Made by a program: the position numbers and the translations under genes
Part shown: piece after piece, positions 27,701 through 36,503 of the stretch
Numbering within the stretch: position 1 is the stretch's first letter
How the letters are laid out: every line of letters begins with the position of its first letter
Notes under the pieces: model-generated
Told to the model about the DNA's origin: nothing
Databases searched by the model: none
Seen by the model: the letters and a program-made list of their open reading frames with translations, nothing else
Assembly: GCA_951406725.2 (NCBI GenBank)
Contig: OX597822.1
Location: 72,044,001-72,108,000 of the forward strand
DNA: 64,000 nt
From: Octopus vulgaris
Taxonomy: Eukaryota
Direction: 5' to 3'

Positions 27701-28194
27701 TTTCCCCAAGACACCTGATGAAGGCTAGAGGGTATATCAGCCGAAACCTTGTGTTAACAAAGATGAGGACAAATATCCGTCTAATGTAAATAATATACAT
27801 AATTCCTCATCTCATAAATATAGAACCGTATCAATACATCAGACTGACAAACAAGCAAGGATGTTATGAGGTAGTCATAAGAGGCAATAAAAGTAACAGC
27901 CAAATATCCCTTCAATCACACAAAAATTTCTTTTGTTTTGTTTCATTCATAGTCATATGAATTATCATGTGTAGAACACAAATTTGCAAAGACTTTTTGA
28001 AAATTTTGCAAAATAAAAAAAGTTATGAGGGGTTATATGGGGTACTTTAAGCAGAATTCTGCCTTTTTGTATTATGAAAGATAATGTAGTTTGTGTCTGT
28101 CTAAAACATCACTTCTCTCTTTTCAGGTACATTTGGGTATATAGGCACCAGTTATTTTGTGAGAAAGATCTATTCTACTGTAAAAATTGACTAA
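1613..28194 (+). CDS. TM9SF3: Transmembrane 9 superfamily member 3 (nonaspanin/EMP70 family), 5'-incomplete, 13 coding exons: join(1613-1735,5257-5417,5913-5990,9893-10024,14861-15027,15341-15435,18174-18304,20335-20474,20852-20920,21381-21527,25471-25554,27105-27181,28127-28194)
   Basis: The exons splice in frame via GT-AG introns to 1472 nt (2 nt + 490 codons including the stop). Family motifs seen: [96 protein letters not shown], and C-terminal KIYSTVKID* (KxD/E motif). Confidence 0.97.
1822..2130 (-). mobile_element. SINE-like family B with (GAT)n tail
   Basis: Reverse complement of the family B 3' end (CTGTCCAATCCATACCAGCATGAAAA...(GAT)n) plus degenerate GTGCCACGTAAAAAG units. Confidence 0.7.
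3569..3950 (+). mobile_element. SINE-like family B with three 63-bp internal tandem repeats
   Basis: Repeat units start at 3571, 3635, 3698 and 3761, followed by GTGGTTGGCGTTAGGAAGGGCATCCAGCTGTAGAAAC...CATGGAAAGCGGACGTTAAA(TGA)n. Confidence 0.85.
4634..5025 (+). mobile_element. tRNA-derived SINE family C (CORE-like centre)
   Basis: A/B-box-like head (TGGTTGAGTGG...GGGTTCAGTC), GCACCTT..GCAAGTGTCTTCTA core, and GACTGAAACAAGTAAAA tail; homologous to 10606 and 22045. Confidence 0.75.
5257..5417 (+). CDS. TM9SF3: TM9SF3 exon (161 nt)
   Basis: tcctag|GTATTGTT...TACCAG|gtaagg; GIVGEIGE...[26 protein letters not shown]. Confidence 0.95.
5913..5990 (+). CDS. TM9SF3: TM9SF3 exon (78 nt)
   Basis: tcccag|GTAAAATGG...CATCGA|gtaagt; [26 protein letters not shown]. 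Confidence 0.95.
6150..6599 (+). mobile_element. SINE-like family B
   Basis: Internal TGTGCTTGAGAAGA duplications, the AGGAAGGGCATC core, and a GGACGTTAAAC(GAT)n tail. Confidence 0.8.
6600..6962 (+). mobile_element. Chimeric SINE: family C head joined to a family B-like 3' end
   Basis: Family C tRNA/CORE-like head, (TG)n, then GACAGGAAGGGCATCC...GTGGACGTTAAA...GATGAT. Confidence 0.65.
7884..8103 (+). mobile_element. tRNA-derived SINE family A, full length
   Basis: GGCGAGCTGGCAGAA head, GAGTTCAAATTCC B box, and GCCTTTCATCCTTTC.GGGTCGATAAATTAAGTACC central block. AAGAATGGAGACACAACA occurs on both sides (7868 and 8102), consistent with a TSD. Confidence 0.88.
9893..10024 (+). CDS. TM9SF3: TM9SF3 exon (132 nt), first TM helix
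   Basis: attcag|ATTCATTGG...GACATG|gtaagc; [35 protein letters not shown]. Confidence 0.96.
10046..10240 (+). mobile_element. Helentron/DINE-like non-autonomous element, 5' part
   Basis: 5' hairpin TACCTCTGCCTT-AGCG-AAGGCGGAGGTA followed by a (GTTT/GTCT)n tract; the 3' end was not located. Confidence 0.5.
10606..10972 (+). mobile_element. tRNA-derived SINE family C
   Basis: TGGCTGTGTGGTAAGAAGCTT...GGTTCAGTCCCACTGCG...GCACCTTGGGCAG core and TGAAACAAGTAAAAGATAAAAG tail. Confidence 0.8.
10990..11370 (+). mobile_element. SINE-like family B
   Basis: Same core and (GAT)n tail as 3569-3950. Confidence 0.8.
11462..11668 (-). mobile_element. SINE family A
   Basis: Reverse complement of family A (TTATCGACCC...GAAAGGCAAAGTCG...ATTTGAACTCAGAAC...TTCTGCCAGCTC). 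Confidence 0.85.
11930..12175. repeat. Polypyrimidine (CCTT/CT-rich) low-complexity tract
   Basis: Almost purely C/T on the + strand; it produces the spurious Pro/Phe/Ser-rich ORFs. Confidence 0.85.
12880..13130 (+). mobile_element. SINE-like family B
   Basis: GGTGCCACATAAAAG units, the family core, and a CAGCATGGAAAACGGATGATGAT tail. Confidence 0.75.
13575..14665. mobile_element. Decayed RTE-clade LINE with an inverted 5' segment
   Basis: Minus strand 13575-13850 encodes [20 protein letters not shown] (pre-RT region). Plus strand ~13910-14665 encodes GMKIN..., [24 protein letters not shown] and RPRGR (RTE C-terminus), ending in an AAGAAGAAGAGATGAGATG tail. Confidence 0.82.
14861..15027 (+). 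CDS. TM9SF3: TM9SF3 exon (167 nt)
   Basis: ttttag|GAGAAAGAT...ACTGA|gtaagt; [20 protein letters not shown]. Confidence 0.96.
15341..15435 (+). CDS. TM9SF3: TM9SF3 exon (95 nt)
   Basis: ctgcag|GCGAGGA...GGAG|gtaata; [31 protein letters not shown]. Confidence 0.95.
15676..15900 (+). repeat. ~26-bp minisatellite with a 104-bp higher-order period
   Basis: About 8-9 units resembling GGTGATGGTGCCATGTAAAAAGCACT. GCTGGCATCACATTAAATGCACTAGTGATG recurs exactly at 15706 and 15810. Confidence 0.85.
16762..16957 (+). mobile_element. SINE-like family B, 3' part
   Basis: AGGAAGGGCATCCAGCTGTAGAA core and (GAT)n tail. Confidence 0.75.
17638..17940 (-). mobile_element. SINE-like family B
   Basis: (TCA)n then GTCCGTTTTCCATGCTGG...CTACAGCTGGATGCCCTTCCTAAAGCCAACCAC, the reverse complement of the core. 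Confidence 0.82.
18174..18304 (+). CDS. TM9SF3: TM9SF3 exon (131 nt)
   Basis: ttttag|GTAAAGTA...ACTATG|gtaagt; WIKQMM...[20 protein letters not shown]. Confidence 0.95.
19822..20030 (-). mobile_element. SINE-like family B
   Basis: TTTAATGTCCGCTTTCCATGCTAGCATGGG...CTACAGCTGGATGCCCTTCCTG. Confidence 0.82.
20335..20474 (+). CDS. TM9SF3: TM9SF3 exon (140 nt)
   Basis: tgacag|GTTGCT...AAATG|gtaagt; [35 protein letters not shown]. Confidence 0.95.
20852..20920 (+). CDS. TM9SF3: TM9SF3 exon (69 nt)
   Basis: atccag|GTTTATG...GAAAT|gtaagt; [22 protein letters not shown]. Confidence 0.95.
21381..21527 (+). CDS. TM9SF3: TM9SF3 exon (147 nt)
   Basis: tttcag|GTACTTT...CGATG|gtaagt; [22 protein letters not shown]...LLNAEDYR. 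Confidence 0.96.
22045..22200 (+). mobile_element. SINE family C, 5' part
   Basis: GGCATGGCTGTGTGGTTAGGGAGCTTGCTTCC...GGGTTCAGTCCACTGCG. Confidence 0.75.
22490..22770 (+). mobile_element. SINE-like family B with diverged internal repeats
   Basis: GTGGCA.GTAAAA.GCACC units followed by the GGTTGGCATTAGGAAGGGCATCCAGCTGTAGAAAC core. Confidence 0.8.
23690..23903 (+). mobile_element. SINE family A
   Basis: GGCGAACTGGCAGAAACGTTAGC...GAGTTCAAATTCC...GTACCAGTTACACACTGGGGTCGAT. Confidence 0.85.
24121..24325. repeat. ~43-bp inverted repeat with a ~120-bp spacer (MITE-like)
   Basis: AACAGTTGCAGCATAGAAGGTGTTTATAAGCCATTTAA pairs with TTAAATGGCTTATAAACACCTTCAACACTGCAACTGTT. Confidence 0.75.
24838..25110 (-). 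mobile_element. SINE-like family B
   Basis: Reverse-complement core plus TTTTATATGGCACCAG units. Confidence 0.72.
25471..25554 (+). CDS. TM9SF3: TM9SF3 exon (84 nt)
   Basis: ttgcag|GCAGTGG...ACAAA|gtaagt; [27 protein letters not shown]. Confidence 0.95.
26327..26972. mobile_element. piggyBac-like non-autonomous element
   Basis: TTAA|CCCTTTTGTTACCA ... TAGTAATGAGAGGG|TTAA: TTAA TSD on both sides and an imperfect 14-bp TIR. Confidence 0.7.
27105..27181 (+). CDS. TM9SF3: TM9SF3 exon (77 nt)
   Basis: cttcag|GATGTAT...TGTG|gtaagt; [25 protein letters not shown]. Confidence 0.95.
27252..27640 (-). mobile_element. mariner transposon 3' remnant
   Basis: Minus strand encodes FFHQDNAR and [17 protein letters not shown] (mariner YSPD motif). 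TA|TTGGGTCATTCCATAAATAATG is a TIR-like end. Confidence 0.78.
27663..27826 (+). mobile_element. Penelope-type repeat module containing a mutated minimal hammerhead motif (27710-27755)
   Basis: Homologous to both arms at 41978-42563; GACAC-CTGATGA-A-GGCT...AGCC-GAAA-CCTT-GTGTT. Confidence 0.7.
28127..28194 (+). CDS. TM9SF3: TM9SF3 terminal coding exon (68 nt to stop)
   Basis: tttcag|GTACATTTGGG...GACTAA; [22 protein letters not shown]. Confidence 0.96.
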
Positions 28195-28905
28195 AGTGAT
28201 GTGGGCAGTGTAAGAAAGAAAGAAAACAAATCAGAATATAGTAAATAAAAAAAATGTCTTTGTGATGGGACTCTTAGGATCCACAAAGATATGTTGTAAA
28301 TAAGGCCACAATGGCAGCAGCTACAGGCCAGCTGCAGCAGCTGTAGCATCATCCTCTCTTTGTCTCCCAACTCTGATTTTTCATTTGTTTTTTTTTTGTT
28401 TTTTTTTTAACATTGAGAACAAAAGTGAGAAACAGCAAAAAAAAAATGTTGATTAAAGAAAGAAGGAAACACTGCATGCACACATTCACGCAAACACATT
28501 CATGCGCACATACACACATACACGTGTAAATGTACACAGGAAAACAAAAAGAAAAAAAAAGTTCCAAATCAATATAACAGAAAGAAAAAAACAGCAAAAA
28601 AGGAGATAAATTTAAAAAAAACAACAAAAAAAAAAAAAAAAAAAACAGAAACACCCCAAAAATTCCTCATGAAGAAATTATCCAAAAAGTTTTATTTGGA
28701 TTGGAAAACAAATTACGAAACTGCAATAAAATGAAGATGAAAAGCACTGATGTGACAGGGAGTAAATTTGACTGACTTTCTGCTATTGTGGCTGCTGGCC
28801 ATCAACACAGTTCACCTGTTTTATGTTTTGGACTATCTGATGATATATGGAAGTAGGTTTACTCAGTTCTTTCTACTACAGCTACCACCCCTTATATATA
28901 TACAC

Positions 28906-28968
<63 letters not shown>

Positions 28969-29091
28969 CATATATATATGTGTGTGTATGTATATATATA
29001 TACACACACTCATTGATGCATCACTTTACGAAATGGATTGAACTGTTTCAGAAATATACAAAAATGTAAAAAATAAAAATTACAAAAAAAA

Positions 29092-29129
<38 letters not shown>

Positions 29130-30022
29130 TTGCCTGTTAAAAGGAAGAAGTATTTCGAGGGAACAGGAGTTTGGTTGTGGTGGATATGCATAGCAGTTTC
29201 TTTTTGGGTGCATTTGAGATATATATATGTATATATATATATGTATATATATATATATACATAATATAATATCTATATGTATTATATATACACATTATAT
29301 ATTTATATTTCTTTTGGTTAAAAATCAACAACAGTTTTCTACACTTTTAACTTTAATTAATTAATTTATTAATTAATTAATTAATTAATTGGAACAACTT
29401 GTTGATTGCTTTTTTTTTTTTATCATCTTTTTGGGGTAATTTGTATTTCAGCAACATCAATATCTGTCAAGGTCATTAACCTCTTTTTCTCTGTCTAACC
29501 TGCTTCCTCTTTCTCTCTCTCAGTTCTGACAGACTTTTTTCTTCTATTTCCATCAATGTTCCTAAGAGCAGCACACATTTCATGCTTTTTGGGTTTTTTC
29601 TTTTAAACTTTATTTTTTAATAAGACATGATATGGAATCACAGCTGCATTCTTCTGTTTTTGTAAAACCAGCAAAGTCCATCTTTGCTTGCTGTTTATTA
29701 TTTTATTTTTTGTTATATTTTAAAAATGGGTTTTTTTTTTCAAAATATTTTACCTCCTTTTTTTTTTTATCGAAAGGGTGAGAATGTGAAACATCTTCGT
29801 GTCATTAAATAGTGTTTTTTTTGTTTTTTTTTCAGTTGCCTTCCTTCCCTTGTAGCATTTTTTCAATGTTCCATGACTGTGTGTGCGAGTCATACTCTCT
29901 AACATTGTTACCATGGTTACTTCTTGGGGACCAAAAGCAAATAGTTAATGGAAGAAAATTTAGTAGAGGATATTTATAATTTAGTTGTTTTGTAAGTTAA
30001 GTTCTGCCAGGTCTCATCACAC

Positions 30023-30064
<42 letters not shown>

Positions 30065-31890
30065 AAAAGCATGTAGGTTGGTTCCTAGCAGCTTCTGACT
30101 TCTATCCATGTATTTTGTTAAGCCAAAGCTTTATCCTTCTCATATTAAAAACAAAACAAAATGAAAAAAAAATGTAACATTTAAAGTATAAGTTTTTGTT
30201 CTTACTTTCATAATTATTTTATTTTATTATTTATTTTTTTAAGATTTACTAGTTTAAAAGAGTAAAACGAAGTTATTGCCTCTTTGTCTCTTATTCAATG
30301 CAGAGTGAGGGGCTGAGGTGATTTAAAAAAAAAATTTTTTTTTAGCCAATCACAGCAAAAGGTTTGTTCTGGCTTGGTAGATATGTATTTGTGTTATCTT
30401 GAAACAAAACCAGTCTGTTTCTAGCTTCTTGATTATCAGTTAATTTTCCCTACTTAAAACAAAAAGTATATATATATATAATAAATTATAATAATTATGG
30501 TTTAATGAAATCTGAAATGTATTGAGGTTAGAATTGGTACAGAAATAGCCAAGCTTTATGGCTAGTTTTCTTTAGACTTAGAAGATTTTTCCCCATATTA
30601 TTGGGTGGAATTTCTTTCTAACTATTTGTCCATTCTGCAAAATCTTTGCAGCGATCCTATCTATTATTGAAACAGCAAATCGTTTTTTTTCTTTTTTTTT
30701 TTTAACATCATATCACTGACAAATTTTCTGTATAAAGCCATAGTTAGTTACAATGAGGGCAGATAACAATAATGTCAAGCCCTTATCTATGACAGTTTTT
30801 TTCTTCTAATCTCTGCCTATGAGTTCAAAGCAGAAAGGGTAAAAAAAGAAGGGAAAAAAACCAAAACAAATAAAAAAAAAAACATTATGAAAAATGTTGA
30901 TTTGGGTGTGGGTAAATGGAAACACTCTGAAATGGCTGTCTGGGTAGATTTCACTGCTTTAGCAAGTGTAGGTAGTTGATAGGTGTAGGAGAAGGTTTCT
31001 TGGTGGCTGTTGGGTGGACGTAGCATTATTTTTGGGATGGTGTGAATTTGAATTGAAGGGAAAACAGTTTATCAGTGGATCACTAGTGGATGTCCATCAA
31101 GCATTAAATGTAGATATCAACTTTTTCTCACTATTTGCTCAGACACATTCATGCAATCTCACACACACACACACACTCTCTCTCTCTCTCGCTCTCTCTT
31201 ATGTTATGCGTGTGTGTGTGTGTGTATATATACATATATATATGTATGTATATACACCTATATATACATGTATTTGTATGTATTATATATACACATACAT
31301 ATATTTGTAAATATATATATATGTGTGTGTGTTTAAATGTGTGTATATGCTTATACATATTTACAGGTATATATACACATATGTACATATATGTATAAAC
31401 ATGTATAATACATATGCACATATATAGTGTATGAATATATATTTATGATTACATATGTATGTATGTATATATAAATGTACCTGTGTGTATGATTGTCTAC
31501 ATCCCTGTGTATATGTGTGTTTTTGGTATTTGGAAGCATGTTGAACTTGTTTTTAATCTAAATTTCTGTCCTTTACTCTGGAAGCTGGGAAGTTTGGAAA
31601 TAGCTTCTCCTTTTCAACTTGCTTAAAAGAGACAGTTTAAAAGTGAGGTTTTAAAAGTTCGAGTTGCTCGCTGGGCGGCTAATGAATGGTCAAGACAAAG
31701 TCAAAAAATAAACCTATAAATATTTCAATAAAAATGAAGAAAGAACAACAAAACAATGTATACTATATTAAAGTATTGATTATTGATAGTTTTATTTATT
31801 GATGTGATTTGTGTGTGTGTGTGTGTGTGTGTGTATATGCTAATATTGAGCAGTTAGAATGAGTGCTCAACACTGCATTGGTGGATAAAT
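28195..31890 (+). other. Putative long 3' UTR of TM9SF3 (end undefined)
   Basis: Directly follows the stop codon. A/U-rich, with no recognisable SINE or transposon copies for ~3.7 kb. Several AATAAA hexamers (~28244, ~28726, ~29072, ~31727). Confidence 0.45.
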
Positions 31891-32067
31891 ATTCTTTATA
31901 TGTGGGTCACTTTGGCTACCATTGGTTTCATATCAGGAAAAATTTCTCGTTGATACTCGTCTCCATCTTGGAGACGAGTCCCAGTGATCCTTGTGACAGA
32001 CTTGATAATTGTTGAGAAATTTCTGGTGGCATGAAACCAGTGGTAGCCTTATTAACCTATAAAGAAT
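31891..32067. mobile_element. MITE with imperfect ~40-bp TIRs
   Basis: ATTCTTTATA...GGCTACCATTGGTTTCAT pairs with ATGAAACCAGTGGTAGCC...TATAAAGAAT; relatives at ~58175-58298 and ~61385-61560. Confidence 0.7.
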
Positions 32068-33204
32068 ATGTGTGTTCATTTCCTTTTGCTTTTCTGCTCT
32101 GTATGCATGTTTGTATCAAGTTATAATGTCCAGCATGTTTTTTTCCCCCTCTGTCTCTCTCTCTCTCAGATCTTGGATCATTCATCTGTGTGTGTGTGTG
32201 TGTGTGTGATCTGATGCTGAAGATTAAGTTTTGGTTGACTTCTTGGGTTTTGTAACAAAATAGTGATTAAAAAATATTATAAAAAAAAAATCAACAAAAA
32301 TCACCCAAATGTTACATGTGGTTTTGTGTAATTCCAATGAGGAATATTGGTTGATCCTGATTTCACTTTTTTCACTTTGAATAGCAATCGGTGTTTATTG
32401 GTTTTGATAAACAAGGTGAGTATGAACACCGCAATCATCATCAACACCATTTTACATCCACTTCTTATCTTAGCATGATCTCGATAGGTTGTTACATAGT
32501 TGCGAGTCAGTTCTTAAGAAATGTTACTGCTGCCCTCTCCCACCCACCATTCAGTGACGGTTCGGAGATGTTTTCAGGCAGAGGTTTAATTTTTGATATG
32601 ATTTCGATGACTGGATACCCTTCATAACACCAACTACTTTTTCTGAGTGGTCCGAGTACATTTTATCGTGGCACCAGCACTAGAGAAGTTAGGACAAAAC
32701 GGCCATATCTTACCAACGTTGTCTTCGCTCATTCGCAAACCACTTAGCAAAGTGTGGTGGGTGAACTTGATCATGGCATCGGTGGTTTTTTTTAGACTTA
32801 CTCTGTGAGCAGGTGCAAGAAACAAGCGAATGACAGTGATTGCAGTGAGGGGTGGCTGTAGAGGTGGACATGGATGTCACTGGTGATGACTGAACAGAAA
32901 AGGTTATGTTAGAATAAACTGGGTAGAAAGAAACCTGACACACGTTTGGTGATGGTGGCCGAAAGAACTGAAATGGTAAAGAGGGAGCTAGGGCGTATGT
33001 GAATATCGCTAGGTCCGATATCCTTCCTTACACAACCAACATGATGCTGAAAAATGGGGAAAAAATCCAATGTCATTTTTCGTTACACAGCTTATTATGG
33101 TAAATAGAAGAGACGGTAAGTGATAATGATGAGAGGCTGTCATAGAGCGTTGGGAGGCAATAGGTGTCGACTTAACAGCGATATTTGGACTAGAGACCAA
33201 CATG

Positions 33205-33960
33205 TATCGGGCTGAGTAAAAGGTAAGCAACGTTTTGAAAGCTGGAATTCATCGTAATATATATTTCAACAATGTGGAAATTTTATTCATCAAAGTAATT
33301 ACCATTACAATCAACACATTTTTACAAATGAATTACAAGTTTGTTTATTCTGGTAACATAAAAATCTGAAGTTCTGGAGCTGATGAACTCTGAATGCACT
33401 TTCAGTGTCAGTTTGATTTTTGAGCTCTTCCTCTCGCAGGAAACCATCAAAGTGGTAGTCAGTATGAGAAGGGTCTGGCGAATAAGCTGGGCGGGGAAGA
33501 ACTTCGTATCTAAGTTCCCTCAACTTCTGGAGCATTATTAGTGAAACGTGTGGCTGAGCATTGTCATGAAGAATGATTGGCCCTCATCTTTTGACCAGTC
33601 TGGGGAAGAGATGTAGCAGTTTTTCATTCATTTTGGCAATTTCATGGTTTTTCTGGGTTTTAAGAAGTTATAGTGGATGAATCCAGCAGTACACCACCAA
33701 ACAGTCACAATAACATTCTTTTTGAAGAGCTTGGATTTAGGGAAGGTTTTCTGTGCTTCATTTTGGTCCAACCACTGCAAAGAACGTTCTTTTTATTGTA
33801 CAGAATCCACTTTTCATTGCAAGTTACAATACGGCCGAGAAATGGATTGGTCTGGTTATGGAGAAGCGGCGAGCAAATTTCATAACTGCGCATTTTCTTA
33901 TTTTCATTCAAATCGTGTGGTGTCACAATTATTCGTGGGTAATAAACAGACAGCATAACT
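33205..33960 (-). pseudogene. Decayed mariner transposase
   Basis: Frameshifted pieces on the minus strand: FLGRIVTCNEKWILYN, HDNAQPH, LPRPAYSPDPSHTDYHF. A TIR-like end follows TA at 33205. Confidence 0.88.
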
Positions 33961-34283
33961 GGTATAAGCTTATTTCCATAATACCTCCATGAAATTACGA
34001 GTCTTCAGTACCAGAAAGCAAAATAAACGCAGTTGCCGGCAGAAATTACACACATTAGACGTTCTCCAATTTCAGCAGCGAACATTCAGAAAAAAAAAAG
34101 TCTTAGTGCATTGAAACATATAATATTTAAAACAAATTTGCTTATAGGATCCGGGGTAATTCGTTAGACACATTTTAGGGGAAAAAAAGAGCGTCATATG
34201 TGCTATAAAACACGGTAAGTATAAGAAAGCAAAGTAACAAATTCAGAATGTGGATAAAAAACAAGACAAATTTGACCCCCGAA

Positions 34284-34589
34284 CACAGGTTTTCAAACTT
34301 TTTTGCCTCCCCCCTCATGGTCACATAATACACTCAGCGCCCCACCCCTGTTTTTATGTATAAATAAACATTTTATATTTTACTAATTTATATATACTAT
34401 GAATCATTTGATATTTAATATAATATATAATTTGTATACAGTACTATAATAATATAAATACATAGCATCCCCCAAACCACTGCCTCCTTCCCAACGCCTT
34501 TTTCTCTACTGCCCTCTCAGACACCAGCGCCCACATGGACCCCCTCAACGCCCACCAGGGGGCGGTAGCACCCATTTTGAGAACCCATG
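34284..34589. mobile_element. hAT/Charlie-like MITE (old)
   Basis: CACAGGTTTTCAAAC ... TTTTGAGAACCCATG degenerate TIRs; no clear TSD. Confidence 0.55.
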
Positions 34590-35339
34590 TCCTAAGATTT
34601 TGGCTTTCACGAATTAACTTTCTTTAGTGTCTTAATACCTTTCTTACGGTATTTTGTTTGGTCCTTCTGATTTTAGCTTCCGTCAAATAGGGGTTGAGAA
34701 AAGAAAAGAAAAAAGAAATATGCTACTAATATCCTGGGTAAGTTCAGCCGCTCTTCGGCAGGTTTATGGTTGAGTCTATGGCTGTTGAGACCTCCGGCGT
34801 CCTTGGCTCCCGGGCCATGTCCTTGTTCACCGCTATCGCAGTGGAGATTGCTGTCCGCAAGAGCGAGTCATAGTGGCTGTTCTAGCGTATCTCATTTGCT
34901 GTCCTTCGGGGTAACTCCTCTTTTCATTTTGTCTGCTGGTGCCATGAGAAACGTTTCCATATCGTGAATGAATAACCTTGTTATCGGAATGTGTGCGAAT
35001 AAATATGTACAAACATATATATATATGTGTGTAGCGATGGGTTTACTACAGCAACAATTCTTCACATACTTTTCAACAGCAACAAGGACAATCACCAGCA
35101 CTGTCGTTGCCACCACAAGCACCACAACAACCACAACAACAACAACAACTGACCCAGCGTCTCCCACTCCTTAATTCAACCCACAGTTGATGACCGGGTC
35201 AGCAGCCAATTCTGCGACAGCAAACAGCTTGAGCTGCCCAAGCAAATACCAGGTGCGGAATTGGTGCAAGAAGCTCTTTGGCACTCCATACGGTATGGAG
35301 ACACTGTGTCTTAATTAAGCAAAAGCAAGAAGCTGAAAC

Positions 35340-36235
35340 TCATATCACTAACTACTAAATTAAAACAAATTCAATTTATTGCATCTTTAACAACTTCAGA
35401 TATTGCTTATTTTTTGGTGCCAACAAATTTTCAAAAGTGGATAAAACAAAATTCTCATACTGGGGGTGTAGGGGGCTGAGATTCTAACTGGGGGTGCTGA
35501 GCACCCCATAACCCCTGTAGCTACGTGCCAAGTTGCGTTCTGGGGTCGATCTAATCGACTACCGCCTCCTCGAAAATTTCAAGCCTTGTGCCTATAGTAG
35601 AAAGGTCTATTCTTTATTATTAAGCCAGCGAGCTGGCAGAATCGTCAGCATGCCGGGCGAAATGCGTAGCCGTATTTCGTCTGCCGTTACGTTCTGAGTT
35701 CAAATTCCGCCGAGGTTGACTTTGTCTTTCATCCTTTCGGGGTTGATTGAATAAGTACCTGTTATGCACTGGGGTCGATATAATTGACTTAATCCGTTTG
35801 TTTGTCCACTCTGTGTTTAGCCCCTTGTGGGTAGAGAAGAAATAGGTATTTCGTCTGTCTTTGCACTCTGAGTTCAAATGCCACCGAGATCGACTTTACC
35901 TTGCATCCCGAGGGAAAAGCGAGGAGGGTGATGAAATAAGTACCAGTTGAATACTGATGTGATTGACTTGCCCCTCCCACCAAATTGCTGGCCCTGTCAG
36001 CTGGCAGACTCATTAGCACACCAGGCAAAATGCTTAGCTCTAATTTACCCCCATTTTCATATTACTAACTACTAAATCAAAAGAAATTCAATTTATTGCA
36101 TCTTTAGCGACTTCAGATATTGATTATTTTTTCGGTGCCGAAAAGGTATTTTCAAAAGTAGATAATAACTGAGATAATCAACTGGGGGTGCTAAGTACCC
36201 CATAGCCCCCCACCCCCCGTAGCTACGTGCCTGGT
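35340..36235 (+). mobile_element. Composite of hAT-like MITE ends and stacked family A SINEs
   Basis: A block ending GTAGCTACGTGCC occurs at 35340-35530 and 36060-36235. A full SINE A at 35622-35850 and SINE fragments lie between them. Confidence 0.75.
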
Positions 36236-36255
36236 AGTCAGTCGTCCCTCGAAAC

Positions 36256-36503
36256 CAGTGGTTCTCAACCATTTTTTTCTTTCCTGTAGATCCCTTTGAT
36301 TCCAGTTTTACTGGGATGGACCCTCATAACCGTTTAATGTCCAATTTTTATAATTCAATATTATTTATTAGCAATTACTCTTTCCAAAAATGGTTAGAAT
36401 ATTTTGTGTATTGGAGAAGTATAACCAATGTATTGCGCACAGATAACAACAAAATCTTATGTGGACCCTCAAGGATCACATGGACTCTGGTTGAGAACCG
36501 CTG
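36256..36503. mobile_element. hAT/Charlie-like MITE
   Basis: CAGTGGTTCTCAACC ... GGTTGAGAACCGCTG (15-bp TIR, 1 mismatch). Confidence 0.82.
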
